NCBI GenBank assembly: GCA_951406725.2 | Contig: OX597833.1 | Coordinates: 37,696,001 to 37,760,000 of the forward strand | DNA length: 64,000 bases | Source: Octopus vulgaris | Taxonomy: Eukaryota | Reading direction: 5' to 3' | In this document: piece by piece, positions 54,330 to 64,000 of the stretch | Position numbering within the stretch: position 1 is the first letter of the stretch | How the letters are laid out: each line of letters opens with the position of its first letter | Position numbers and translations under genes: made by a program | Notes under the pieces: generated by a model | The model's database searches: none | The model's input: only the letters and a program-made list of their open reading frames with translations | Told to the model about the DNA's origin: nothing

Positions 54330-55079
54330 GATTATTTCTCTTTTTAACTTAGGTTTTGTTGGAATTCTTAGAGCTTTGCATGCACAGCAGGCTTGCTTCC
54401 TGCAGCCTACAGTACCATGGTATCTGTTCTTTTCAATGATTTAATACTTTCCTGATTATTCTGATCTTGCCAAAGAGGCAAACCTTTTGTAACAGCTCTT
54501 CTGGGCACTCTATTCTGATTTCCTTTATATTCCTTTGGATGCCTCCTGATACAATTACTTTCCATGCAAGTGTGAGTTGAACAGGTCACTACAGAAAAAA
54601 TCAGTTCTTATTCAGGGTTACTACCTTCCTAGATAGATCATAGGACCATATCTTGTAAGGTTCATTTTTGCCATGGTTTCTATGTTTGGTTGCTGTTTGT
54701 AAAGCCAACCACTTTGCAGAGTGAACTGGATGCATTTTATGAGACTAGATTCTGAGAGGTTATCATACATTTGACAAGACTTAAAGGCCTTCTCTCCCCT
54801 ACATTGTCTCTAGTTGTTCACCAACCACTTTACAAGGTGTTTCAAGTCATTGAATCTCTTCAGTATTTTGATTGGTAATTTATTTTATCAATTATGAAAG
54901 GTAAATTTGACTTCAGGATGAATTGACTGAATGTTAAGGTTTGTAATTGAATACCACCAGGAATTTTGTTTGATGTTTTAATGATTTCGCTAATTTACAG
55001 GGAATATTTCCATGTAGGTTACATGGCAACCTCACTATTGCTGGGGACATGAAAAAAGTACCCAGTACACTCTGTAAGG

Positions 55080-55420
55080 TGAATGGCTCAGTGGCTAGAG
55101 TGTTGGGCTCACAATCATGATGTAGCAAGTTCAATTCTCAGATTGGGCTGTGTGTTGTGTTCTTGAGCAAGACACTTTATTTTACATTGTTCCAGTTCAT
55201 TCAGCTGAAGAAATGAGTTGCAACATCATTGGTGCCAAGCTGTATTGGCCTTTGCCTTTCCCTTGGATAGCATCAGTGGTGTGGAGAGGAGGAGGCTAGT
55301 ATGCATGGGTGACTACCGGTCTTCCATAAACAACCTTGCCCAGACTTGTACCTCAGAGGGTAACTTTCTAGGTGCAGTTCCGTGGTCATTCATGACCAGA
55401 GGGAGTCTTTGCCATTTACC
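55080..55420 (+). mobile_element. tRNA-derived CORE-type SINE (related: ~61700-61950 plus, ~59120-59380 minus)
   Basis: tggctcagtgg..agttcaattc head followed by the CORE-like domain tgttcttgagcaagacactt. Confidence 0.55.
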
Positions 55421-55877
55421 CTTTTATACTCTGTAAAGTGGTTGGGCATGAGGAAGGGCATCCAGCTATAGAGACCATGCCAAAGATGACACTGGGTCTC
55501 AACACAGCCCAGCAACTCACCAGTTCCTGGTCAAACCGTCCTACCCATGCCAGTGAACAATAGACGATGATGATCTGATACCTATTCCTGACAGCTAGGT
55601 AAGCTGAAGCATACAGAATTAAATGCTATTCCTAAATACACAATAAAGCACTTGCATTGGATTTGAATTCAAAACCTACAAGCTGATTATAATTCAATTC
55701 CTTATATTGCTTCTGCTATGAAATAGCTTGTGAGTAATCAATCAAACATTTGGAATTTACTGTATAAAACTTCAGTCGGTCAATGTAATGCTATCAGGCC
55801 AGTCTGTCTCTACCTACATTCAAGATGTGGTATTACCAAATTTTCTTATGACTTATACTCTCCTAATAATTCTAAGG

Positions 55878-56240
55878 TGTGTGGTAAGAAGCTTGCTTCC
55901 CAACCACATGGTTCTGGGTTCAGTCCCACTGGGTGGCACCTTGGGCAAGTGTCTTCTATTATAGCCTCAGACCGACCCAAGCTTTGTGAGTAGATTTGAT
56001 AGATGAAAGGTGAAAGAAGCCCACCTATATGCATGTGTATGTTTGACCCCCACCACTACTTGACAACCGGTGTTGGTGTGTTTACATCCCCACTCTTGTA
56101 ACTTAGCGATTCAGCAAAAGACACCAATAGAATAAGTACGAGGCTTAAAAATGTAAGTCCTGAGGTCAATTAGTTTGATTAAAATCCTACAAGGCAGTGC
56201 CCCAGCAGGGTCACAGTCAAATGACTGAAACAAGTAAAAG
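55878..56240 (+). mobile_element. SINE family A copy (diverged)
   Basis: Collinear with 23008-23405. Confidence 0.7.
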
Positions 56241-56426
56241 GTAAAAATCTATTTACTATCAAGACCGGTAAAAACATAATACACAAATTGTGTGTGTGTG
56301 TGTATGAATACTCACAGTTAATGTTGTTCTCAACAAAAAGTATTGAATAATCCTTCAGTTTAATGTAAAATTATTTTTATTATAACTTAACATAAAAACA
56401 AACAGTAACAGAGATGCATATGCTTG

Positions 56427-56469
<43 letters not shown>

Positions 56470-56898
56470 GCACACACACACACACACTCATACATGCACA
56501 CAATAAAAAAAATAATCTTTTCTACTCTAGGTACAAGGCCTGAAATTTTTTTTTTTTGAGGGGGAGGGGGCAGTCAATTAAGTCAACCCCAGTACGCAAC
56601 TGGTACTTAATTTATCGACCCCAAAAGGATGAAAGGCAAAGTCAACCTCAGCGGAATTTCAACTCAGAATGTAAAGACAGACGACATACCGCTAAGCATT
56701 TCGCCCAGCATGCTAATGTTTCTGATAGTTCGCCGCCTTACAATAAAAAAAAAAAAAAAACCCAAAATGCTTACTTGGCTGGTATATACTGTGCAGAGTA
56801 ATTCGAACTGGTAGCTTTAGGAACTGCAATGTAGAAGAGTAGTAGTGGTATCAATCATATGCATTAAAATTCAAAATTAAGTTCATTTTAATAACGTA

Positions 56899-57240
56899 CT
56901 TTAGTTGAGCAAATCAACACCAGGACTTATTCTTTGTAAGCCTAGTACTTATTCTATCGTTCTCTTTTGCCGAACTGCTAAGTTATGGGGGACGTAAATA
57001 CACCAGCATCGGTTGACAAGCAATGTTGGGGGACAAACACAGACACACAAACATATATATATATATATACATATATACCACGGGCTTCTTTCAGTTTCCA
57101 TCTACCAAATCCACTCACAAGGCTTTGGTTGGCCCGAGGCTATAGTAGAAGACACTTGCCCAAGGTGCCACGCAGTGGGACTGAACCCGGAACCATGTGG
57201 TTGGTAAGCAAGCTACTTACCACACAGCCACTCTTGCGCC
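56899..57240 (-). mobile_element. SINE family A copy
   Basis: Reverse complement of 23008-23405, 3'-truncated. Confidence 0.75.
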
Positions 57241-57284
57241 TATGTATGTGACTCCAACCAATATGTGACTCAGATGTGTAAGTG

Positions 57285-57612
57285 TCTCTGACATGGATGT
57301 GCTAGTGACATAAATGTGCTAGTGTGTGACATAAATGTATTAGTGTGTGACATAGATGTGTTAGTATGTGACATGGATGTGTTGATGTGAGACATGAATG
57401 TATTAGTGTGTGACATGCATGTGTTAGTGTGTGACATTGATATGTTAGGATGTGATGTTGATGTTTTAGTGTGTGACATGGATGTGTCAGTGTGTAACAT
57501 GGATGCATCAGTGTGTGACATGTAAGTGTTGATATGTGGCTTTGATGTATAAGTGTGTGACATGCATATGTTAGTGTGTGACATGAAGGTGTTAGCATAT
57601 GACATGAAGTGT
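57285..57612. repeat. 21-bp minisatellite (gtgtgacatggatgtgttagt-like)
   Basis: About 15 tandem units, producing spurious SHTNTSM-repeat ORFs. Confidence 0.8.
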
Positions 57613-58473
57613 AAGAAAACTTCATTCAATTATAATTTATAACAATGTTTTTCCTTGGACACACATATATTTAATACCTCATATACTACAAGAAATCACA
57701 ACTAGATCTGTGATAATACAGCTACTCCACTGCATCAGCTCGTACCTTTCTCTTGGACAATATTAGTGGCTCAAGAGGGGTGAAACTCGAAACATAGGCA
57801 ATTTCCAGGTGCAGATACATGGTAACACTGACCAACAGAAGCTTTTTTAGAATATTACCCACTACACACTGGTGTTTTACTGATTAGAATATCCTGCAGT
57901 GTCAGTGACACATAAAAGATACCTGTGTCAGTGACATGTAAAAGATACCCATGCTGGTGATATATAAAAAGCAGCCATGCTGGTAACACATTAAAGACAC
58001 CAAGTACACTCTGTAAAGTGGTTGGTGTTAGGAAGGGCATCCAGCTGTAGACACCAAGCCGAATCAGACAAATGGAGCCTGGTGCAGCTCTCCAGCATAC
58101 CAGCTCAATCAAATCATTCAACTCATGCCAGAATGGAAAATGGACATTAAATTCTGATGTTGCTGCTGCTGATGATGATGATGGTAGTGGTGGTATACAG
58201 ATTAGAGTATCATGCAATAGTGTTTCACAGTTAAGGTAGTCACACTTTAACAACACCTCCATCACCATGATCATGATCATCATCATCATTATCATCATCG
58301 TTTAACATCTGCTTTCCATGCTAGCATGGGTTGGATGATTTGACTGAGGCGATGATGAATTATTTTTTTCCCCACTACCATGCAGTCATTACACCAACTC
58401 TTCCAAGTAAATAATACAAAACTAAACAAAACTAAACATTTTGTGCCAGTTTGAGTAAGGAACAAGTACCAAC

Positions 58474-58538
58474 CTTCGAAATATGATTTTGGTATGTTGC
58501 TTGAATAATGTTGCCATGACAACTGTTTGGTACGAGAT
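58474..58538 (-). CDS. Gene 2 coding exon D (ISYQTVVMATLFKQHTKIIFR)
   Basis: Acceptor ttgacgtttcag, donor AAG|gttggt. 65 nt, phase 0 to 2, exactly bridging exons C and E. Confidence 0.8.
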
Positions 58539-58585
58539 CTGAAACGTCAACAAGCATTAGATTTAGGAAAATACAAACAAATGAA

Positions 58586-59120
58586 ATTGATCAGATCACC
58601 TGGAACCTCATCATCACAACCAGATATATATGTAATCAGGACTGAATTCCTCCTTGACACTAGAAGTGGTCTTTATACTTACTCAAAACCTTAAAAGCAT
58701 TCTATAGAATAACTGGTATTTATTTTATGATCCTTGAATGCCTAAGTTGGTTTTGACAGAAATTGAACTTGGAGTCATCTCAAATCTTTTCTACTCTGCA
58801 ATCTGATGCCTTGCTCAAGACTCCACAGAAATAACTAAAACACAAAATGCAGGTCTTCTTAATGAGATGTTAATGAGGCAAGAACATGAGGTTAGAGATT
58901 AAGGTGACTAGGTAATTTATGGTATCTTAAATTCTAAGTTCAATTTCTGTCAAAACCAACTTAGGCATTCAAGGATCATAAAATAAATACCAGTTATTCT
59001 ATAGAACGCTTTTAAGGTTTTGAGTAAGTATAAAGACCACTCCTAGTGTCAGGGAGGAATTCAGTCCTGATTACATATATATCTGGTTATGATGATGAGG
59101 TTCCAGTTGATTTGATCAAT
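58586..59120. repeat. Inverted duplication (185-bp arms, 165-bp spacer)
   Basis: 58586-58770 versus 58936-59120, with only a few mismatches. Confidence 0.9.
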
Positions 59121-60946
59121 GGAACAGCAATTAAAATGCAATTAATGTGCAAGTGGTTGAACACTCCACAGACACGTGCATCCTTAACATAGTTCTCAGG
59201 GAGAGTCAGCATGACACAGAATGTGACAAGACTGGCCCTTTGAAATACAAGTACTACTCATTTTTGTCAGCTGAGTGGACTGGAGCAATGAGAAATAATG
59301 TCTTGCTCAAGGATACAACACAACACTAGGAACCAAACTCACAACTTTATAATTATGAGTCGCTAAGCCACGCACCTTCACTTATATACATATATTATCC
59401 CTCTTAATAAGGTGTCTTTTACTTACATTTTAGGAGATAATCTCAATTTGTTCTGCTTTACTGCTGACCTTCTGGACTGTAAAATAGCATTGGCATGAGA
59501 AATTGGATTGGTCCAATCAGACTCTGGAAATAAACAGAATATTTCTTTACTGTTGAAGTTGTTGTTATTATTTAGCCCTCAGATTGGTTCCAAATGATCT
59601 AACCATGACTACCCATCTTTAGGACTTCATTATCTTATGTTTCTTTCCATATTTAAGATGATAAGACATCATTTGAGGGAGATTTAGCTGCTATTTCTGC
59701 AGGTCAAGTGACTTTACACAGGCTCCTTTGTTGGCTAAATAAGGGTGACATTGATGGTTATTTTTGTTGTATAGCTCCCAGGTTAGCCTTGATCAAGCAG
59801 ACTAGATCAAAGATTTTCCATTGGTGACTACCTTGCCTTTTTATATATCTAAAACTAAATAGATTTAGATACTGTCTATTTCTAGCAGGTTGAGAGACTA
59901 TAGAGAAGCTTCCTTGTATCTTGTAATCTAATTTAGATTAGAAATTATTGCTGTCATTTCTTCTCTACTTTAAACTAAATATCACATTTACTAACAATCA
60001 TATTTAATACATATAACTGTTTTTTGTTTTTCTTTCTACTTGCATCGCATATCTTGGTTTTAAAATAAGTTCATTATGTCCCTGAATGTTGCAAGAGGTA
60101 ACAAAAAGAGCCAGTGGCAGGAAGGAAGGGTATCTAACCATAAAACACTGCTTCAGGATACCTACCCAACCCAGGTTGACATAAAAGAGCAGATGTAAAA
60201 CAATGATGATGAAACAATGATTTCTACTTGTTTTTCTATTATTACTGCTTAATGGTTTCAAATTTTGGCACAAGGTCAGCAGTTTCGGGGAAGGAGGCAA
60301 GTCAATCACATTAACCCTAGTGCACAACTGGTACTCTATTTTACTGACTCTGAAATGATGAAAGGCAAAGTTGATCTCAGTGATATTTGAACTCAGAACA
60401 TAAAGATAGATGAAATACTGCTAAGCATTTTGTTCAGCATGTTAACGATTCTGCCACCTCACCACCTTATTATTGGTTAATGGAGCAGTGTAATCATCAT
60501 CATACATCTGTTGTCCATGCTGGCATGAGTTGGATGGTTTGACCAGGGCTGGCAAGCTGGAAGGCTGCACCAGACTCCAGTCTGATTTGGCATGGTTTCT
60601 ATGGCTGGATGCCCTTCCTAATTCCACAGGTGCCATTTGCTTGACATCAGTATCTGCCACGACTGTGATTTTACTTGACTGGAGTTTGGAGTTGTCTCCC
60701 ATAATTAAAATCAGTCCCTCATTGAGCTAATGTATTTGATTTCACAGCATATTTATTTCTGATCACAGATTTAATGTACAATTCATTACACATGTTAACA
60801 CTAACTTACTTACTGTCATATAGATGACACTCATGAATATTTAATCACAGTGTTTTTTTTGTTTTTTTTGTGTGGAGAGGAGGGTCTGTTAAATAACGTT
60901 GATTATTTCATGCTGAACGATATAGAAAATCATACAAACTACTTAC

Positions 60947-61035
60947 TGATTCTCTTATCGTTACTTCGATCAGAATAACAAAGTAATGATTTTGTTGAGA
61001 AAGCATAAAATGTCCAACATTGTCTCCCATACATA
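60947..61035 (-). CDS. Gene 2 coding exon C (CMGDNVGHFMLSQQNHYFVILIEVTIRES)
   Basis: Acceptor taaccatttcag, donor gtaagt. 89 nt, phase 1 to 0. Confidence 0.85.
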
Positions 61036-61200
61036 CTGAAATGGTTAAATTAATATTAGTCATTCTGTACTAAATAAATATATTTGATACCCACTAGATT
61101 TACTATATTGGCACTAACTTTCCAATTCACTAATGCAACTTTTAGTACCTCTCACTACACTTCTATATATTTTGAGATATGGCATGAAGCAAATACCTAC

Positions 61201-61392
61201 GTTTGATTTCTGTCACCTGTGGAGTTACTGGTGTTTCGTCAATCACAGAACATAAGTCTCCAATTAAATGACAAAGGTACTGGTTGTCCAAAGAGTCTCC
61301 AGCTTTAGTAGATTTGGCATTCACATAATTATTCTGAGATGTTTCTGGAATTATCCCAGATTCCGCTGGAGCATTCTGGTTACTTTTCAGCA
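61201..61392 (-). CDS. Gene 2 coding exon B (LKSNQNAPAESG...YLCHLIGDLCSVIDETPVTPQVTEIK)
   Basis: Acceptor ttttctgttgagcag, donor C|gtaggt. 192 nt, phase 1 to 1, in frame with exons A and C. Confidence 0.8.
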
Positions 61393-62104
61393 CTGCTCAA
61401 CAGAAAATGGTATATCAAAGATGGGGAAAGAAAAAAAAATTGTCAATAATTTCATAAGAATAATTTATAAGTTATTTATTTAGGATTGTACATCCACATG
61501 TACACAGACACATACACTCTCTCTCCTTCACACACTGTATAAGCTGTGTATCTAACTATTCCAATCAGTTAGTCTATATAACTTAATTTAGTGTCACTTT
61601 TTTTAAATAGCATTGAACAACAGAAATCAGTAAAGAACTGGACAAAATGTTTTATGCTGATTAGATACAATCTTTTATTTTCTGAGCTCCAATCCCAGTG
61701 AGGTGTGGAAGCATGTGATTTAGCGGTTAGGGTGTTGGACTCATGATCATGAAATTCTGGTTCCAATTCCTCCGCCAAGCAAGCATTGTGTTCTTGAGCA
61801 AAACACTTCATTTCATGTTGCTCCAGTACACTCAGCTGCTAAAAATGAGTAAACATGTGATGGACTGACATCTCATCCAGCAGGGAATATATACGCCAGA
61901 GAAACTGGGAAACCAGCCCTATGAGTCTGTATGACTTGGGAAGGACCTTGATTTTATATTTATAATCCCACTTGATGGGTTTAGTTGAACAAATTGATCT
62001 CAGTACTTAATTTTTTTTTAAGCCTGGTACTACTTATTCTATCGGTTTTAATTTGCTGAACTGCTACATAACAGTACATAAGCAAAGCAACGCCATATGT
62101 CCAC

Positions 62105-62173
62105 GGGCACATGGTGTAGTGGTTAAGAGTGCGGGCTACTAACCCCAAGATTCCGAGTTTGATTCCAGGCAGT
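62105..62173 (+). mobile_element. tRNA-like SINE head with a purine triplet-repeat tail
   Basis: tggtgtagtggttaag (A box), anticodon-like arm ggg-ctactaa-ccc, gagtttgattc (B box). The acceptor stem is not paired. Followed by (GAG/GAT/GAA)n. Confidence 0.5.
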
Positions 62174-62205
<32 letters not shown>

Positions 62206-62382
62206 TGATGAGGAAGAGGAGGAGGAGGAAGATGATGATGAGGAGGAGGAGGAGGAGGAGGAAGATGATGATGAGGAGGAGGAGGAGGAGGAGGAAGATG
62301 ATGATGAGGAGGAGGAAGAGGAGGAGGAGGAGGAGGAGGAGAAGAAGAAGAAGAAGAAGAAGAAGAAGAAAAAGAAGAAGAA
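62174..62382. repeat. Compound (GAG/GAT/GAA)n microsatellite with a higher-order period
   Basis: Seen directly in the sequence. Confidence 0.9.
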
Positions 62383-62582
62383 ACCAACACCAGTTATCAA
62401 GCAGTGTTGGGGAACAACTATTCATATCTCTAGTTCTTACTGTCTTCCTGTTTCCTTACTACTACTACTACTACTTTTTGCCTCATCCATATAAAGTTCT
62501 CAGAACCATAGGATCCAGGAAACAAAAGGACCCTCAAGTATTATTATAAGCTGGTAATGGAAGAACATTCTAGAGAACTCAC

Positions 62583-62748
62583 ACTTAATCAAGTTGTTGT
62601 AGCTGTCATCTTCACTGCTTGATTCCAAGGTATCATCAAGACCATTATCATAATCATCATCAACATTATCAATATCTGTGTTCAGTTCCAAGTCCAAAGC
62701 AGGGTCAAAAGTCACAGGCCTTGAACCATTGGCATACTTCAAATATGG
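62583..62748 (-). CDS. Gene 2 coding exon A (PYLKYANGSRPVTFDPALDLEL...SSSEDDSYNNLIK), acidic
   Basis: Acceptor t(15)ccacag, donor T|gtgagt. 166 nt, phase 0 to 1, open frame. Confidence 0.85.
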
Positions 62749-62792
62749 CTGTGGAAAAAAAAAAAAAAGAGCATATATAGTAAAGATACATA

Positions 62793-63067
62793 GGTACAGG
62801 CATGGCTGTGTGGTAAGAAGCTTGCTTCCCAATTTCATGGTTCTGGGTTCAATCCCACTGCATGGCACCCTGGGTGAGTGTCTTCTACTATAGCCTCAGG
62901 CCAGCCTTATGAGCCGATTTGGTAGATGGAAACTGAAAGCCCATCATATGTATATATATATTTTAAAGAAGCCATAGGCCAACAGGTCTTAGGGTCTGAA
63001 GATATACCATAAAGGTATCCTTTATGGTAAGAAACCCAAGGTAACCCTGTAAACTGGCCTTCACCAG

Positions 63068-63102
<35 letters not shown>

Positions 63103-63321
63103 TGTGTGTGTGTGTGTGCGTATGTGTGTCTTTGTTTGTCCCACCACCGCCACCACCACCACCACCACCATCAAGCAGTTTGGCAAAAGAGACTGATAGA
63201 ATAAGTATTAAGCTTACAAAGAATAAGTCCTGGGGGTCAATTTCTTCAACTAAAAAAAACCGTTTGTGGTGCTGCAGCATGGCTGTAGTCATATGATTGA
63301 AACAAGTAAAAAAATAAAAGA
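62793..63321 (+). mobile_element. SINE family A copy carrying a ~110-bp hammerhead-containing insert in its (TA)n tract
   Basis: SINE head at 62793-62945 and body/tail at 63070-63321 are collinear with 23008-23405. The extra segment 62961-63069 is absent from the other copies. Confidence 0.75.
62976..63060 (+). ncRNA. Type I hammerhead ribozyme motif
   Basis: Stem I agggt/accct, with distal aggcca/tggcct. Core CTGAAGA (62996-63002). Stem II taccataaagg-tat-cctttatggta. GAAAC (63031-63035). Short stem III acc-caa-ggt. Cleavage triplet GTA (63041-63043). Confidence 0.75.
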
Positions 63322-64000
63322 ATTATTTGAAGAATGGGGATTTCTTTGTCATGAACATAGATGTAAAATATCAAACAGAATCATTAACATGCTGGTCAAA
63401 TTGTTTAGAGGCATTTCGTGCACTTTTATGTTCTGAGTTCAAATTCCACAAAGATAGACTTTAGCCGTTCATCCTTTCGGGATCAATAAAATAAGTTCTA
63501 GTTGAGCACTAGAATCAACCGAATCAACCATCATTGATTGGTTGAAATTACCGAAATACAAGAACTTTAACGTGAAATAACTTTGTAAATATAAGTTTTT
63601 CTCAAAAATGCTGAGAGTAAAAGCCGTTTTATATGATACATTCTACCAGTGTCCAAAGTTTGAAAGTGTTTAGTTACAAAAAATTATTTTTTAAATCTGT
63701 AGGTCAAAAGGTAAAGATCCCAGAACAAATTAACTCATATATCGAAGCATTACAGTGCTATACATGTTGACATTTCACAGGTTTACACTACAGCAGGTAT
63801 ACTTTAACAGCCTTCTCTGCTAAAGTTCAAAGGTCACTTTCAAATTTGCTTTCCATTTTGAAGATACATGCACTTTTACAGTGTACTTTAATCAGCAATT
63901 ATAAATCTAACTGAACTCTTCTGTTTGTATATATCATAATACTAAAGAGAAAAAAAAGCACTATGTATTATTAAGAGAGATGGTTTTTCTGGGATCTCAT

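Noticed and set aside
57270-57629. His/Thr/Ser repeat protein or CRISPR-like array
   Set aside because: It is a simple 21-bp tandem minisatellite without unique spacers, located in a eukaryotic intron.
62105-62173. Functional tRNA gene
   Set aside because: The acceptor stem does not pair and the sequence is followed by a triplet tail. It is better explained as a SINE head.
63015-63023. Plus-strand GTATCCTTT as a U12 donor
   Set aside because: It is part of hammerhead stem II and has no associated plus-strand exon.

Overview
AT-rich, repeat-dense animal genomic DNA. The SINE, LINE and microsatellite repertoire resembles what I recall from octopus (coleoid cephalopod) genomes; this is an inference. 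Two spliced protein-coding genes lie on the minus strand. Gene 1 has a first coding exon at 26132-26256 in a CpG-rich region and a phase-compatible exon at 1-63, and runs off the left edge. Gene 2 has six phase-consistent exons from 62748 to a stop at 51840, and its last intron carries U12 (minor spliceosome) signals. The rest is mostly mobile DNA: a young 5'-truncated CR1-type LINE with an intact RT frame, decayed CR1, Tx1/L1, RTE, R4/Dong-like and Penelope remnants, a full-length dead mariner, two non-autonomous Helitrons, MITEs and several SINE families. The most notable observations are a near-canonical type I hammerhead ribozyme (62976-63060) embedded in the (TA)n tract of a SINE, decayed hammerhead-like relics and (TA)n-embedded foldback elements, a ~555-bp non-coding element found in (TAA)n tracts, and several long intronic inverted repeats. 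Nearly all short ORFs in the supplied track are microsatellite or repeat artefacts. Repeat boundaries and identity percentages are estimated by eye.
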